Positions 19,722-29,468 of a stretch of 64,000 bases of DNA are shown piece after piece. This DNA comes from Gemmatimonadales bacterium (GTDB lineage Bacteria > Gemmatimonadota > Gemmatimonadetes > Gemmatimonadales > GWC2-71-9), in NCBI GenBank assembly GCA_036499125.1, contig DASYEH010000012.1, positions 26,275 to 90,274 on the forward strand, written 5' to 3'. The translations under genes were made by a program, and so were the position numbers. Numbering within the stretch: the stretch's first letter is position 1; every line of letters begins with the position of its first letter. Below the pieces are notes generated by a model. It was given only the letters and a program-made list of their open reading frames with translations, did no database searches and was not told where the DNA came from.

Positions 19722-20620
19722 GCTGCCGGTTCCTTGCCCGGAATTACCAGGGTCACCTGCGACCCGGGAAACCAGGGCAACCCGTCGGTGCGGGGGGGCT
19801 CGTCGTCCCATGGCGGGACGATCGCGACTCGCGCGGTGCCACTGCGTATCGAAATCTTTCCCTCCCAGCGGGCGAGATATCCCTTGATGCCATTGAGGCC
19901 CTGACCACGTCCCGGGTCGCGGAAGCGTGAGATCCCGTGAATCAAAGCCGTTTCGAGCGCTTGTGCATCATTCCATCGGTCGCCGAACCGTTTCCCTTGA
20001 GTCGCCTCGAGTGAACGTCGAAAGCCGATCCCCGCATCACTGACGGCAATCACGGCGACTTTCCGCCCCTGCAGGCGACGGCGGTAGACATAGACATGCG
20101 CTGCAACCCAGCCGGCCGTGCCCGCATGCTCCACAATGTTCTGGCACGCCTCCGACAGTGACTGCCCGAAGCCGCCCACCACGCCCGACGGCAGCTCAAG
20201 CTCGTTCTTGAGAATCTGGGTGGCATGCTCCGTGATCCCGCCGACCACCTGCATCACGTCGCTGGCGTTGCGAATGATCGTCAGGGGGAGGAGGGTATCG
20301 CCAGTCTCGGCGACTCGGCGGCGCGGCACTTTCCCATGCAACTGGAAGAGTTGCTCGGCATGGCGGAGCACCCCCACCCGGGCCCAGTATGACGTGACGT
20401 GGTCATTGGATGGCAGCGTGAGCTCGGGTGTTGGCGCGCCGAGTTCCGACAGTGCCTGGCCCAGTGTGAGCAACGCGGTAAATCCTGCCGGCGAGGCCCA
20501 TTCGGTGGCATGGGCATCAATCAGCAGGCGCTCGGTCGGCGGCCATGGGCCGAGGCCCGCGGCAAGCACGTCCAGCGTCTGATCGTCCAGCGACTGCGGT
20601 ACCGGCACGACCCGCGTCAC
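19718..20620 (-). CDS. GHKL-type (RsbW/SpoIIAB-like) ATPase/Ser-kinase-like protein with STAS-like N-terminal region
   Basis: N box SEACQNIVEHAG, G1 box VSDAGIGF and G2 box GRGQGLNGIKG. The N-terminal LLIDAHATEWASPAGFTALLTL segment is STAS-like. GTG 20620 overlaps the PfkB stop. Confidence 0.55.
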   Translation of the reverse strand: MTRVVPVPQSLDDQTLDVLAAGLGPWPPTERLLIDAHATEWASPAGFTALLTLGQALSELGAPTPELTLPSNDHVTSYWARVGVLRHAEQLFQLHGKVPRRRVAETGDTLLPLTIIRNASDVMQVVGGITEHATQILKNELELPSGVVGGFGQSLSEACQNIVEHAGTAGWVAAHVYVYRRRLQGRKVAVIAVSDAGIGFRRSLEATQGKRFGDRWNDAQALETALIHGISRFRDPGRGQGLNGIKGYLARWEGKISIRSGTARVAIVPPWDDEPPRTDGLPWFPGSQVTLVIPGKEPAA

Positions 20621-21570
20621 GCCGCCACCAGTTCGCCGCGCAGGTGGCGGGTGAGGCCGGTCGCGCCATGAAACGAGGCGTTGCGGGCCGCAGCCCGGTT
20701 GGCCGCCGTCAGCGACACGGTCACCGTATCACCGGCGAGGAGTCGGGCGCAGCAGGTGGCGCCAAAGACGTCGCCGCAACCGGTCGGGTCAGCCGCCTCG
20801 ACGAAGGGCGGCGTCAACCGTTCGGTGCGTAGCAGCGCGGGTGACAGAGGCGGGTCTCGCCGCTGGGCCAGCCGTTCGAACCCCGGACGGGCGACATAGA
20901 CCACACCGCGCGCGCCGACGGTCACATTGAGCAGCGACACGCCGCTCGCGATTGCATCAGCGGCCACGGCGAGCGGATCGGCATCGAGTTGCTGCATTTC
21001 GTCCTCATTGAGCTGTACGACATCGTAGAACGAAAACCAGGCCGGCGCATTGGGTAGCGGCCGAAGCGTCCGGATGCCATCGGGATTGGTTCCCAGGAAG
21101 AGCGAGTGCAAATCGGCGTAGATCGGTCCGCTGAATCCATGCCGCAACGCTTCTGCTGTTCCCAGGCACATTTCGAAGCCGGAGATGAAGTTGACATAGA
21201 TCGCGTCCAGGTCTGCCACCATCGGGCCGAGCTCGGACCAGTTCCATGCCGGTACGCCACCCGACATCCGTTCGCATCGCCGCTCGGTCGAATCGTAGCG
21301 GAGCGTCACCCGATTGTTGGCTACCGGCACTTCAACACAGCGCGCGGCTGGCATCATCCGGTCGAACTCGCGCAGCAACTCGGCTGCCTGGGGCGCCAGG
21401 TCGCGCCCGACCTTGATCAATGGCACGATCTCCCAATCGGCGGGGAGCGCGGCATTCATCGCGGCGAGCGCATACGCAATGCCGCCCCACTCCTCGACTG
21501 GCGCCGCCAACGCGGTGCGGCCGTGAATCTCGTCCCAGACCAGCGATCCGATCACCCCGACGCGAGGCAT
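20617..21570 (-). CDS. PfkB-family carbohydrate kinase
   Basis: 317 aa with a ribokinase-like fold. The C-terminal signature is DPTGCGDVFGA (DTxGAGD-type). Confidence 0.75.
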   Translation of the reverse strand: MPRVGVIGSLVWDEIHGRTALAAPVEEWGGIAYALAAMNAALPADWEIVPLIKVGRDLAPQAAELLREFDRMMPAARCVEVPVANNRVTLRYDSTERRCERMSGGVPAWNWSELGPMVADLDAIYVNFISGFEMCLGTAEALRHGFSGPIYADLHSLFLGTNPDGIRTLRPLPNAPAWFSFYDVVQLNEDEMQQLDADPLAVAADAIASGVSLLNVTVGARGVVYVARPGFERLAQRRDPPLSPALLRTERLTPPFVEAADPTGCGDVFGATCCARLLAGDTVTVSLTAANRAAARNASFHGATGLTRHLRGELVAA

Positions 21571-22550
21571 CAGACCTGCCCGCTGGCGCGCTGATCAAGA
21601 AACGCCTTGGCCGCGCCATATACACCGGCCAGATGGCCCAGCGCGCCCGGCACGATGGTACAGACATCAACCGCGGACTTGAACGCCCGCGCTGCGACTT
21701 CCCGCCGCAGGGGCACGAACAGGGCGTCGCCCGCGTGCGTCACCCCGCCCAGCATGACCACGGTGTTCGGATTGAAGATGTTGACCAGATTGGCCACGCC
21801 GATCCCGAGGTAACGCACCGTGTCGTCCACCACCCGCTGGGCGGTGGCGTCGCCTTGGGCCGCCGCATGATACACGCGCTCCGCCGTGATCGCCGCGGGG
21901 TCGGCCGCGAGCAAGGGGGAGAGCAGGCTTGGTTCACCGCCGGCCACTGCTTCGCGCGCCCGGCGGGCAATGTTCATCCCGGACGCGAACGCCTCGAGGC
22001 AGCCATGGTTGCCGCATCCGCAGAGCGGCCCGCCCGGATCAATGACCATGTGCCCGAACTCACCCGCGGCGTCCGACGCACCGTGGTACAGTACGCCGTC
22101 AATCACGATGCCACCGCCAATTCCAGTACCCAGTGTCAGGCCAATCACATACCGGGCCTCGCGCGCTGCACCAACCCAGCATTCGGCCTGCACCGCCGCG
22201 TTGGCGTCATTTTCTATCGCGGCCGGAATGCCGAGCCCGTCGGCGAGCAGCTGCCGCAGTGGCACATTGACCCAGCCAAGGTTCGGCGTGAAGAGCACCA
22301 TCCCCGCCGCGATGTGCAGCGGACCCGGCGCGCCAGCACCGACGCCAAGGATCTCCGCCGATGGATCCGCGCCGCGCACCTGTGCTATGGCATGCTGGCT
22401 CATGGTGACCAGGTCGCCAATCACGGCGCCGGCGCCCCGCGTTGCGAGCGTCGGCTGCGCGTGTTCACCGACCACGCGAGACCCGTCTGCTGCCACCGCT
22501 CCGACGACGCAGTTTGTCCCGCCGATATCGATGCCAATGACCCACTGCAT
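21570..22550 (-). CDS. ROK-family sugar kinase (glucokinase-like)
   Basis: N-terminal VIGIDIGGTNCV. ROK zinc motif CGCGNHGCLEAFASG. Confidence 0.85.
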   Translation of the reverse strand: MQWVIGIDIGGTNCVVGAVAADGSRVVGEHAQPTLATRGAGAVIGDLVTMSQHAIAQVRGADPSAEILGVGAGAPGPLHIAAGMVLFTPNLGWVNVPLRQLLADGLGIPAAIENDANAAVQAECWVGAAREARYVIGLTLGTGIGGGIVIDGVLYHGASDAAGEFGHMVIDPGGPLCGCGNHGCLEAFASGMNIARRAREAVAGGEPSLLSPLLAADPAAITAERVYHAAAQGDATAQRVVDDTVRYLGIGVANLVNIFNPNTVVMLGGVTHAGDALFVPLRREVAARAFKSAVDVCTIVPGALGHLAGVYGAAKAFLDQRASGQV

Positions 22551-23737
22551 CAGTGCGTCGTTTCCACAGCGACCTCGGTGGCCAGAGTCCGGGCAGGCAA
22601 CGGGATGCCCGCCATCACCGCATCGTAGATACTCTCAAGCTGCCTCGCCAACGCCACTTCGTCAAAACACGCCGCATGGGCCCGGCTGAGTGCCTGACGC
22701 TGCGCTCGGGCGGCGGGGTCAGCCAGCAGGGCGGCGATCGCCGCCGCCCAGGAAGATGGATGGACTGGATCGGCCACGACTGCGGCCCGACCGGCAGCGT
22801 CCCGGAGCGAGGCGACGTCGGCTGCGACCACGGCCCGGCCAGCCGCCATCGCTTCGACGATCGGCATGCCGAACCCTTCGAGGCGAGATGGATAGAGGAA
22901 AAGCAGGGCGCCCTGCATCAGCGCCGGCAGGTCACTGGTCGGCACGTTGTCGAGGATGCGCACCCGCCCAGTGAGTCCGAGCCGTTCAATCTCGCGCGCC
23001 AGTTTCGCGCGCTGTCCCCCGTCGCGGCCAATCAGCAGCAGGGTCGGTGTGCTCGCGGGCAGCAGTGCGATTGCCGCGAGCAGGACGGCGTGGTTCTTCC
23101 GCCGCTCCAAAGTGCCGACCGAGAGCAGGTACTGATCCGGGATTGCCAGGCGTTTCCGTGTCGATGCCGCGTCGGCTAGAGCCACGGGTATGGCGAAGGC
23201 GGGGTCACACGCCGGTGGGACCACGGCGATTCTCGAATGATCGATCCCGTACCATTCGACCAGGTCGTCGCGGGTGCTGCTGCTGACGGCCACAATGGCA
23301 TCGGCGTGCCGCGCGCTCCAGCGATACCGCCAGCGATAGCTCAGGCGATCGGGCGCTGGAAAGAGCTCCGGCGCTCGTTCATAGATCAGGTCGTGGAAGG
23401 TGACCACGGATCGCACGCCCGTGCCGGGCAGGTCGCGCGGCAGTTGATGCGACAGCCCGTGGTAGAGGCCAATGCCGTCGTGGGCGGCCTGGCGGCCCGC
23501 CCGGAATGTCCGCCACCACGCGCTACCCATCGTTCCCCCGGGGCCGCGTCGTACCTCGGCGCGCACGCTCGCCGCGAAGGTGGCAAACTCGGGCGCCGCC
23601 GATCGAGAGCTGTAGAGCAGGAAGGTGTCGTCCGGGGCGGCGGCGCGCAGCCCGCGCAGCACGCCGCGGGCGTAGTTGCCGAGGCCGGTGGAATTGCGAA
23701 GCGCTCGCACGGCATCAAAGCCGAGGCGCCGGGCCAT
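22550..23737 (-). CDS. Glycosyltransferase family 4 (GT-B, RfaG-like)
   Basis: 395 aa with a GT1/GT4 C-terminal block (LLLIGRDGG...LFLYPSRLEGFGMPIVEAMAAG). Confidence 0.75.
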   Translation of the reverse strand: MARRLGFDAVRALRNSTGLGNYARGVLRGLRAAAPDDTFLLYSSRSAAPEFATFAASVRAEVRRGPGGTMGSAWWRTFRAGRQAAHDGIGLYHGLSHQLPRDLPGTGVRSVVTFHDLIYERAPELFPAPDRLSYRWRYRWSARHADAIVAVSSSTRDDLVEWYGIDHSRIAVVPPACDPAFAIPVALADAASTRKRLAIPDQYLLSVGTLERRKNHAVLLAAIALLPASTPTLLLIGRDGGQRAKLAREIERLGLTGRVRILDNVPTSDLPALMQGALLFLYPSRLEGFGMPIVEAMAAGRAVVAADVASLRDAAGRAAVVADPVHPSSWAAAIAALLADPAARAQRQALSRAHAACFDEVALARQLESIYDAVMAGIPLPARTLATEVAVETTH

Positions 23738-23743
23738 CGTGGA

Positions 23744-25543
23744 CTACTCGACCTGCAGGACGGCGAGAAACGCTTCCTGCGGAATCTCCACGCTGCCAAC
23801 CTGCTTCATCCGCTTCTTCCCCTCTTTCTGCTTCTCGAGGAGCTTCCGCTTGCGGCTGATGTCGCCGCCGTAACACTTGGCCAGCACGTCCTTGCGCATC
23901 GCCGATATTGATTCGCGAGCGATGACCTTGTTGCCAATCGCGGCCTGGATCGACACCGCAAACAACTGACGGGGAATCAGCTCCTTGAGCTTTTCCGCGA
24001 TCTTGCGGCCCCACTCATACGCTTTTTCGCGATGAATGATGACGCTGAAGGCATCGATCGATTCGCCGTTGAGCAGCATGTCCAGGCGAACCAGTGGCGA
24101 CTCACGAAAGCCGGCCAGCTCGTAGTCGAGCGACGCGTACCCGCGCGAGATCGACTTGAGCTTGTCGTAGAAATCGAGCACGATTTCGCCCAGCGGAAAG
24201 TCGAAGGTGAACTCGACTCGCGCCGCATCGAGGTAGGTCATGCCGTGGTACTCACCCCGCCGCTCCTGACCCAGGTGCATGATGCCGCCGATGTATTCGG
24301 TCGGGGCCATGATCCGCGTCTTGACGTACGGCTCCTCGATCCGGAGGATATTGGCCGGATCAGGAAGCGTGCTCGGATTTTCGACCAGCACCATCTCGCC
24401 GTCGGTCTTGTACACGTGATATTCGACTGTCGGCACCGTGGTGATCAGCGAGAGGTTGAACTCGCGCTCCAGCCGTTCCTGTACGATCTCGAGGTGCAGC
24501 AGTCCGAGAAACCCGCAGCGAAAGCCGAAGCCCAGCGCTGTCGAGGACTCCGGTTCGTATTGCAGCGAGGCATCATTGAGCCGCAGCTTTTCGAGCGCGT
24601 CGCGGAGGTCTTCATACTGCGCCGCGTCGGTGGGATAGACGCCCGCAAAGACCATCGACTTGACCTCGCGATACCCGGGCAGCAACTCCTGCGCCGGATT
24701 GCTGGCATCAAGAATGGTGTCGCCGACCCGGGCGTCGCGCACGTCACGGAGATTGGCGACGAAATAGCCGACCTCGCCCGCCTGCAGCGCCGCTGTCCGT
24801 CGCTGCCCGAGCGCCAGCAGCCCGACTTCGGCGACATCGTACACGTCGCCGGGGTGCGCGCCAAAGGCGATCTGCATCCCCGCCTTGAGGGTGCCGTCAA
24901 CGACGCGCACGCTCGGGATCACGCCCCGGTAGCGATCGTAGTACGAATCAAAGATCAACGCCCGCAGCGGCGCGTCGAGTGTCCCGCGCGGTGCCGGGAT
25001 GCGCGCGACGATCGCCTCCAGCAGCTCCGCCACACCGGTGCCGTCCTTGGCGGAGACAGCGAGAATCTCCTCGCGCCGCGCACCGATCAGGTCGATGATC
25101 TCCTGGGCGCGTCGCTCGGGCTCGGCACCCGGCAGGTCGATCTTGTTGAGTACCGGGATGATCTCGAGCCCCGCATCCAGGGCGAGGAAGAGATTCGACA
25201 GCGTCTGGGCCTGGATCCCCTGCGAGGCGTCCACGACGAGAATTGCCCCTTCGCAGGCCGCCAGCGATCGGGAGACTTCATACGTGAAGTCGACATGTCC
25301 GGGCGTGTCGATCAGGTTGAGTTCATACTCCTGGCCATCCCGGGCAGCGTAGCTCATCCGGACGGCGTTCAGCTTGATCGTGATGCCGCGCTCCCGCTCC
25401 AGGTCCATGGTGTCGAGCAGCTGTTCCTTCATGTCGCGCTTCGCCACCGTGCCGGTAATTTCGATCAGCCGGTCGGCCAGGGTCGACTTGCCGTGGTCGA
25501 TATGGGCGACGATGCAGAAGTTGCGCACGCGGGACTGGAACAT
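23744..25543 (-). CDS. lepA: Elongation factor 4 (LepA)
   Basis: Start ATG 25543 ([25 protein letters not shown]). Has DTPGHVDF and NKIDL motifs and the LepA-specific C-terminus (...[22 protein letters not shown]). Confidence 0.95.
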   Translation of the reverse strand: MFQSRVRNFCIVAHIDHGKSTLADRLIEITGTVAKRDMKEQLLDTMDLERERGITIKLNAVRMSYAARDGQEYELNLIDTPGHVDFTYEVSRSLAACEGAILVVDASQGIQAQTLSNLFLALDAGLEIIPVLNKIDLPGAEPERRAQEIIDLIGARREEILAVSAKDGTGVAELLEAIVARIPAPRGTLDAPLRALIFDSYYDRYRGVIPSVRVVDGTLKAGMQIAFGAHPGDVYDVAEVGLLALGQRRTAALQAGEVGYFVANLRDVRDARVGDTILDASNPAQELLPGYREVKSMVFAGVYPTDAAQYEDLRDALEKLRLNDASLQYEPESSTALGFGFRCGFLGLLHLEIVQERLEREFNLSLITTVPTVEYHVYKTDGEMVLVENPSTLPDPANILRIEEPYVKTRIMAPTEYIGGIMHLGQERRGEYHGMTYLDAARVEFTFDFPLGEIVLDFYDKLKSISRGYASLDYELAGFRESPLVRLDMLLNGESIDAFSVIIHREKAYEWGRKIAEKLKELIPRQLFAVSIQAAIGNKVIARESISAMRKDVLAKCYGGDISRKRKLLEKQKEGKKRMKQVGSVEIPQEAFLAVLQVE

Positions 25544-25599
25544 GGCGGCAATATAGGTGGGGCAGATGGGGCGGGCCGCTCCCCTATATTCTGCCTTCC

Positions 25600-26505
25600 G
25601 TGCCGCCAGAATCCGCAACCGCCCGCCACCTGTCGCCCGAGGTGGGACTGCTCCTCGTCGTCCTCTTCTGGGCCGGCAACTTTACCGCGGCCAAGATCGC
25701 CTTCACCCAACTCGACCCGCTGGCCTTTACCGCGATCCGGTTTGCCATTGGATCGGTGGCAATCTGGCTGGTGGCGCGGATCGTCGAGGGGCGAGTGCCG
25801 CTCCCTCGCGGCGCGTTCTGGCCGCTGGTGTGGACTGGCGTGATCGGCAACACCATCTACCAGTTCTGTTTCGTCGAGGGGCTCGACCGGACCTCCGCCA
25901 CCAAGAGCTCCCTGATCCTGGCCGGCATGCCTGCGCTGGTGACCTGGTGCGCCGGCATGCTTGGCATCGAGCACGTCACCCACCGCCAGCGGATCGCCGT
26001 GCTGATTGCCACCATTGGTGTTGGCGTGGTCGTGCTCGCGCGCGGCGGCGGGATCGACACCAGCGTCGGCGCCGGCGACGCCCTGCTGCTCGGCGCGGTG
26101 CTCTTCTGGGCCGCCTATACCCTGATGCTGCGACGCTACGCGCTGCCGATGTCACCGCTGCAAATCACGGCATGGACGGTCTACACCGGCACACCCGGAT
26201 TGCTCGTGCTCGGCATTCCTGCGCTGCTGCACACGCATTGGCACACGGTGTCGTGGGCGGGGTGGGGTGGGGTGCTCTACTCGGCATTGTTGTCCCTGGT
26301 CGTCGCGTACGTGCTCTGGACCCGTGGGATCGGTACGATCGGCGCGGCGCGCACCGCGCTCTACAACACGATCGTCCCACTCTTTGCCACGCTGATTGCG
26401 GTGGTGATCCTGCACGAGAAACCGGGCCTGGGCGACTTGCTCGGCGGGTTGCTCATTGTCGCCGGCGTGCTCCTGTCAACCAGCAGCAAGGCGCCGGCGC
26501 GCTAG
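25600..26505 (+). CDS. EamA/DMT-family transporter
   Basis: 301 aa with about ten hydrophobic helices in two EamA-like repeats ([10 protein letters not shown]..., [10 protein letters not shown]...). Confidence 0.8.
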   Translation: MPPESATARHLSPEVGLLLVVLFWAGNFTAAKIAFTQLDPLAFTAIRFAIGSVAIWLVARIVEGRVPLPRGAFWPLVWTGVIGNTIYQFCFVEGLDRTSATKSSLILAGMPALVTWCAGMLGIEHVTHRQRIAVLIATIGVGVVVLARGGGIDTSVGAGDALLLGAVLFWAAYTLMLRRYALPMSPLQITAWTVYTGTPGLLVLGIPALLHTHWHTVSWAGWGGVLYSALLSLVVAYVLWTRGIGTIGAARTALYNTIVPLFATLIAVVILHEKPGLGDLLGGLLIVAGVLLSTSSKAPAR

Positions 26506-26843
26506 GCCTGCAGCGTCTCCAGCCGGTCCATCGCGCGGCGAAGATGCGGAATCACGATGCTGCCGCCGACGATCAACGCCACGCCAAAGATTTCAAGAAA
26601 CTCTTCCCGCGTCACGCCTTCTTCGTGGCAGCGTACGACGTGATACGTGATGCAGTCGTCGCAGCGCAGCACCATGCTGGCGACCAGGCCCAGCATCTCC
26701 TTGGTCCGCGTGCCGAGCGCGCCCGGTTCATAGGCGCGATGATCCAGCGCAAAAAAGCGATTGAGTGTCAGGTTGCCAGCGCCGAGGATGACGTCGTTCA
26801 TCCGGGCCCGAAAGGCATTGAACTCGTCGAGCGTCTGCGTCAT
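26502..26843 (-). CDS. Carboxymuconolactone decarboxylase / AhpD-like family protein
   Basis: Start set to ATG 26843 (MTQTLDEFNAF). AhpD-type CxxC motif RCDDCITYH. Confidence 0.7.
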   Translation of the reverse strand: MTQTLDEFNAFRARMNDVILGAGNLTLNRFFALDHRAYEPGALGTRTKEMLGLVASMVLRCDDCITYHVVRCHEEGVTREEFLEIFGVALIVGGSIVIPHLRRAMDRLETLQA

Positions 26844-26877
26844 GGGAAACGGTCTTTCCGGATCGGTGTGGTGGCGG

Positions 26878-28464
26878 TCAGGGTGCTCGCTGCTCGACGA
26901 CGATCTGCTGGTAGCTCGCCGGATTCCATTTCGGACGTATCGGCGTGTCCGCAATCGTCACACCGAGATAGAACGCCAGCTGGGCCACGCGGCAGATCTT
27001 GCTGGTGTCGATCAGGCTGATTTCATCGTCGGGTTGATGATACTGGGGATGCACACCGTTGAAGAAGAAGAGCACCGGCACACCCATCCGGGCGAAGTTG
27101 AAGTGGTCCGACCGGCTGTAGAAGTTCTCGGCGGGCCAGATGTCGTCAGCGGCGGTGAGGTGCAGCTCGGGGTGGCTGGCTTGCACGCCGGCCAGGGTCG
27201 CCCCCAGATCGGAATGCTCCTTGCCGATCACCACGATCGAATCGGGATTGTTGCGCCCGATCATGTCCATGTTGATGTCGGCGACAACCTGCGCCAACGG
27301 TACTGTCGGGTGCGCCGCAAAATAGGCCGAACCGAGCAGACCCTTTTCCTCACCCGACACATTCAGGATCACGATCGAGCGATGCGTCCGCCCCTTGAGG
27401 CGAGCGACCGCCTCGGCGATTGACATCACGCCGGTAGTGCCCGAGCCATCATCATCGGCACCGTTGCAGATGCTGTCTGCGCCTTTCGCGGTGCAACCGC
27501 CAACGCCGTCCCCTGCGCGCCCGATGTGGTCCATGTGCGCCGAAAAAATGACGTACTCATGCTTGAGCAGCGAATCGTTGCCCTCGACAACGGCCACCAC
27601 ATTCGGCGCCGACCCGGTGGAAACGACTTCTTCGGTCGCCTGCGCCGTGACCGTGATCGCCGAGGGCACATTCATCACGACCGGATGATGGGCCTCCCGC
27701 AATGCCCGGAAATCCGGACGATTGACGTCACCGGCAAAGAGGGTGTCATGCGCCGTGATGACCAGCGGCCCCGTGGCCGCGACGCCTGCCACGATCGGAC
27801 GTGGATTGCCTTCCCGCATCGCAGTCGCGACCCGCGCCTGGAACGCGGCCGCGTCGGTCGCCACGACGTTGACGATCACGAGCGGATGCTGCTGCGCGAT
27901 GGCGCGAACGATCTGCGCGTTGATCGTGGCGCGCTCCGGCTGCTGCACGAAGAAGACGATGAAGCCCGCGAGGTTGAGCGCCGCGATATCCGCGGATGTG
28001 GCGGTACCGCCAATCAGCTTCGCCGGCGCGCTGATCGGTTGGCCAGTCATCGGTCCGGTCGCGGTCGCCCATTGATCGAATCGCAGGGTCGTCGTCGTGG
28101 TACCCTGACGCAGTTGCAGGAACGAGGCGGCCGCTGCCGGCCGCACCCGCTCGATGGTGTAGCGCTGGAACCATGTGCCGCTGTCGCCCGCCGGCTGGAG
28201 GCCCCACCGTTGGTAGTTGGCGGCCAGGTAATGCGCCGTCTTTTCCAGCCCCACGCTCGGCGTGTTGCGCCCCTCCATCGAGTCGTCGGCGATCACCGAG
28301 AGGCGGGCCAGCACCGCGGCGGGGGTAATCGCGTCGGCGGCAGCCCGGATTTCCAGATCGTCTGCATAGGGGGTCGCAGGCTTCGGTACCGGCGCGGGCG
28401 GGGCGTGGCCGCACCCGGCCAACGCCAGCATAGCGACCAAAGCGACGACGGTGCGAGTGGTCAT
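26878..28464 (-). CDS. M28-family aminopeptidase lipoprotein with PA domain
   Basis: Start set to ATG 28464, giving the lipoprotein signal MTTRTVVALVAMLALAGC. M28 metal-ligand blocks are FSAHMDHIG, NGADDDGSGT, SGEEKGLLGS, NMDMIG and SDHFNFA. Confidence 0.8.
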   Translation of the reverse strand: MTTRTVVALVAMLALAGCGHAPPAPVPKPATPYADDLEIRAAADAITPAAVLARLSVIADDSMEGRNTPSVGLEKTAHYLAANYQRWGLQPAGDSGTWFQRYTIERVRPAAAASFLQLRQGTTTTTLRFDQWATATGPMTGQPISAPAKLIGGTATSADIAALNLAGFIVFFVQQPERATINAQIVRAIAQQHPLVIVNVVATDAAAFQARVATAMREGNPRPIVAGVAATGPLVITAHDTLFAGDVNRPDFRALREAHHPVVMNVPSAITVTAQATEEVVSTGSAPNVVAVVEGNDSLLKHEYVIFSAHMDHIGRAGDGVGGCTAKGADSICNGADDDGSGTTGVMSIAEAVARLKGRTHRSIVILNVSGEEKGLLGSAYFAAHPTVPLAQVVADINMDMIGRNNPDSIVVIGKEHSDLGATLAGVQASHPELHLTAADDIWPAENFYSRSDHFNFARMGVPVLFFFNGVHPQYHQPDDEISLIDTSKICRVAQLAFYLGVTIADTPIRPKWNPASYQQIVVEQRAP

Positions 28465-28559
28465 GCACTCTCCAGAGCGGGACAAGTGAACGAAAGATAG
28501 GACGACCCTTCGGACCGACGCGTTGCCCGCTCCGGCGGCCGTCGATACGTTCCCCGCGC

Positions 28560-29468
28560 ATGCCCCGATCCAGCCCGAGCGATGCTGCCTTTCGCCCCGA
28601 CCTGCTGCAGCCCGAGGATGTCGCTCGGCTCGGCGGGATCGAGGTGACCACCGAAGGGGTGGTCGCCGGATTTCTGGCGGGCCTCCATCGTTCCGCGCGC
28701 CGGGGCTTTTCGGTCGAGTTCGCGGAGCACCGTCCCTACCAACCGGGCGACGAGCCACGCTACATCGACTGGAAGCTGTTGGCCCGCACCGATCGCCTCT
28801 ACGTCAAGCAGTTCGAGGAAGAAACCTCCCTCCGCGCCATGCTGGTCGTCGATGCCAGTGCGTCGATGGGCTGGCGCGGTGCCCCTGACCGCCTGACCAA
28901 GCTCGACTATGCGGCGCGGTTGGCAGCCGCGCTTGCCCTCGTGCTCGTCCGCCAGCACGACGCCGTTGGCCTGATCACCTTCGACGAACAGGTACGAAGC
29001 ATGACGCCTGCGCGCGGCACATCGGCACACTGGCTGACGCTGGCGCGTGCGCTCGCTGCTACCGAGGCCGGCCACGCGACCGCCGCCGAGCCGGCGCTTC
29101 GCCAGGTCGTCGCGGCGCTCCGCCGGCGCGGGCTGGTGGTGTTCATCTCCGACTTGCTGCTCGACCGCCCACTCGCGCTCAAGGCGCTCCGCTACCTCCG
29201 CCACCGTGGGCATCAGGTGCTCGTGCTGCATATTGCTGACCCCGCTGAACTCGAACTTGCGCCCGGCGGAGAGACCCGGTTCCTCGACCCGGAATCCTCG
29301 GCCAGCGTGACGCTGGCGCCGGGCGAATGGACTACCGCCTATCGTGAAACGGTGCAGCAGGCCGTGCGCGACTGGCGTCACGCCTGTCGTGCCGCCGGCA
29401 TGCGCTACGCGCTGGTATCGACGGACCTGCCCTTCGGCACTGCCCTCGGCCAGGCCCTCGCCCGGTGA
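28560..29468 (+). CDS. DUF58 family protein (MoxR-associated, vWA-like)
   Basis: Characteristic YQPGDEPRYIDWKLLARTDRLYVKQFEEE block followed by a vWA-like VVDASASM segment. Confidence 0.75.
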   Translation: MPRSSPSDAAFRPDLLQPEDVARLGGIEVTTEGVVAGFLAGLHRSARRGFSVEFAEHRPYQPGDEPRYIDWKLLARTDRLYVKQFEEETSLRAMLVVDASASMGWRGAPDRLTKLDYAARLAAALALVLVRQHDAVGLITFDEQVRSMTPARGTSAHWLTLARALAATEAGHATAAEPALRQVVAALRRRGLVVFISDLLLDRPLALKALRYLRHRGHQVLVLHIADPAELELAPGGETRFLDPESSASVTLAPGEWTTAYRETVQQAVRDWRHACRAAGMRYALVSTDLPFGTALGQALAR

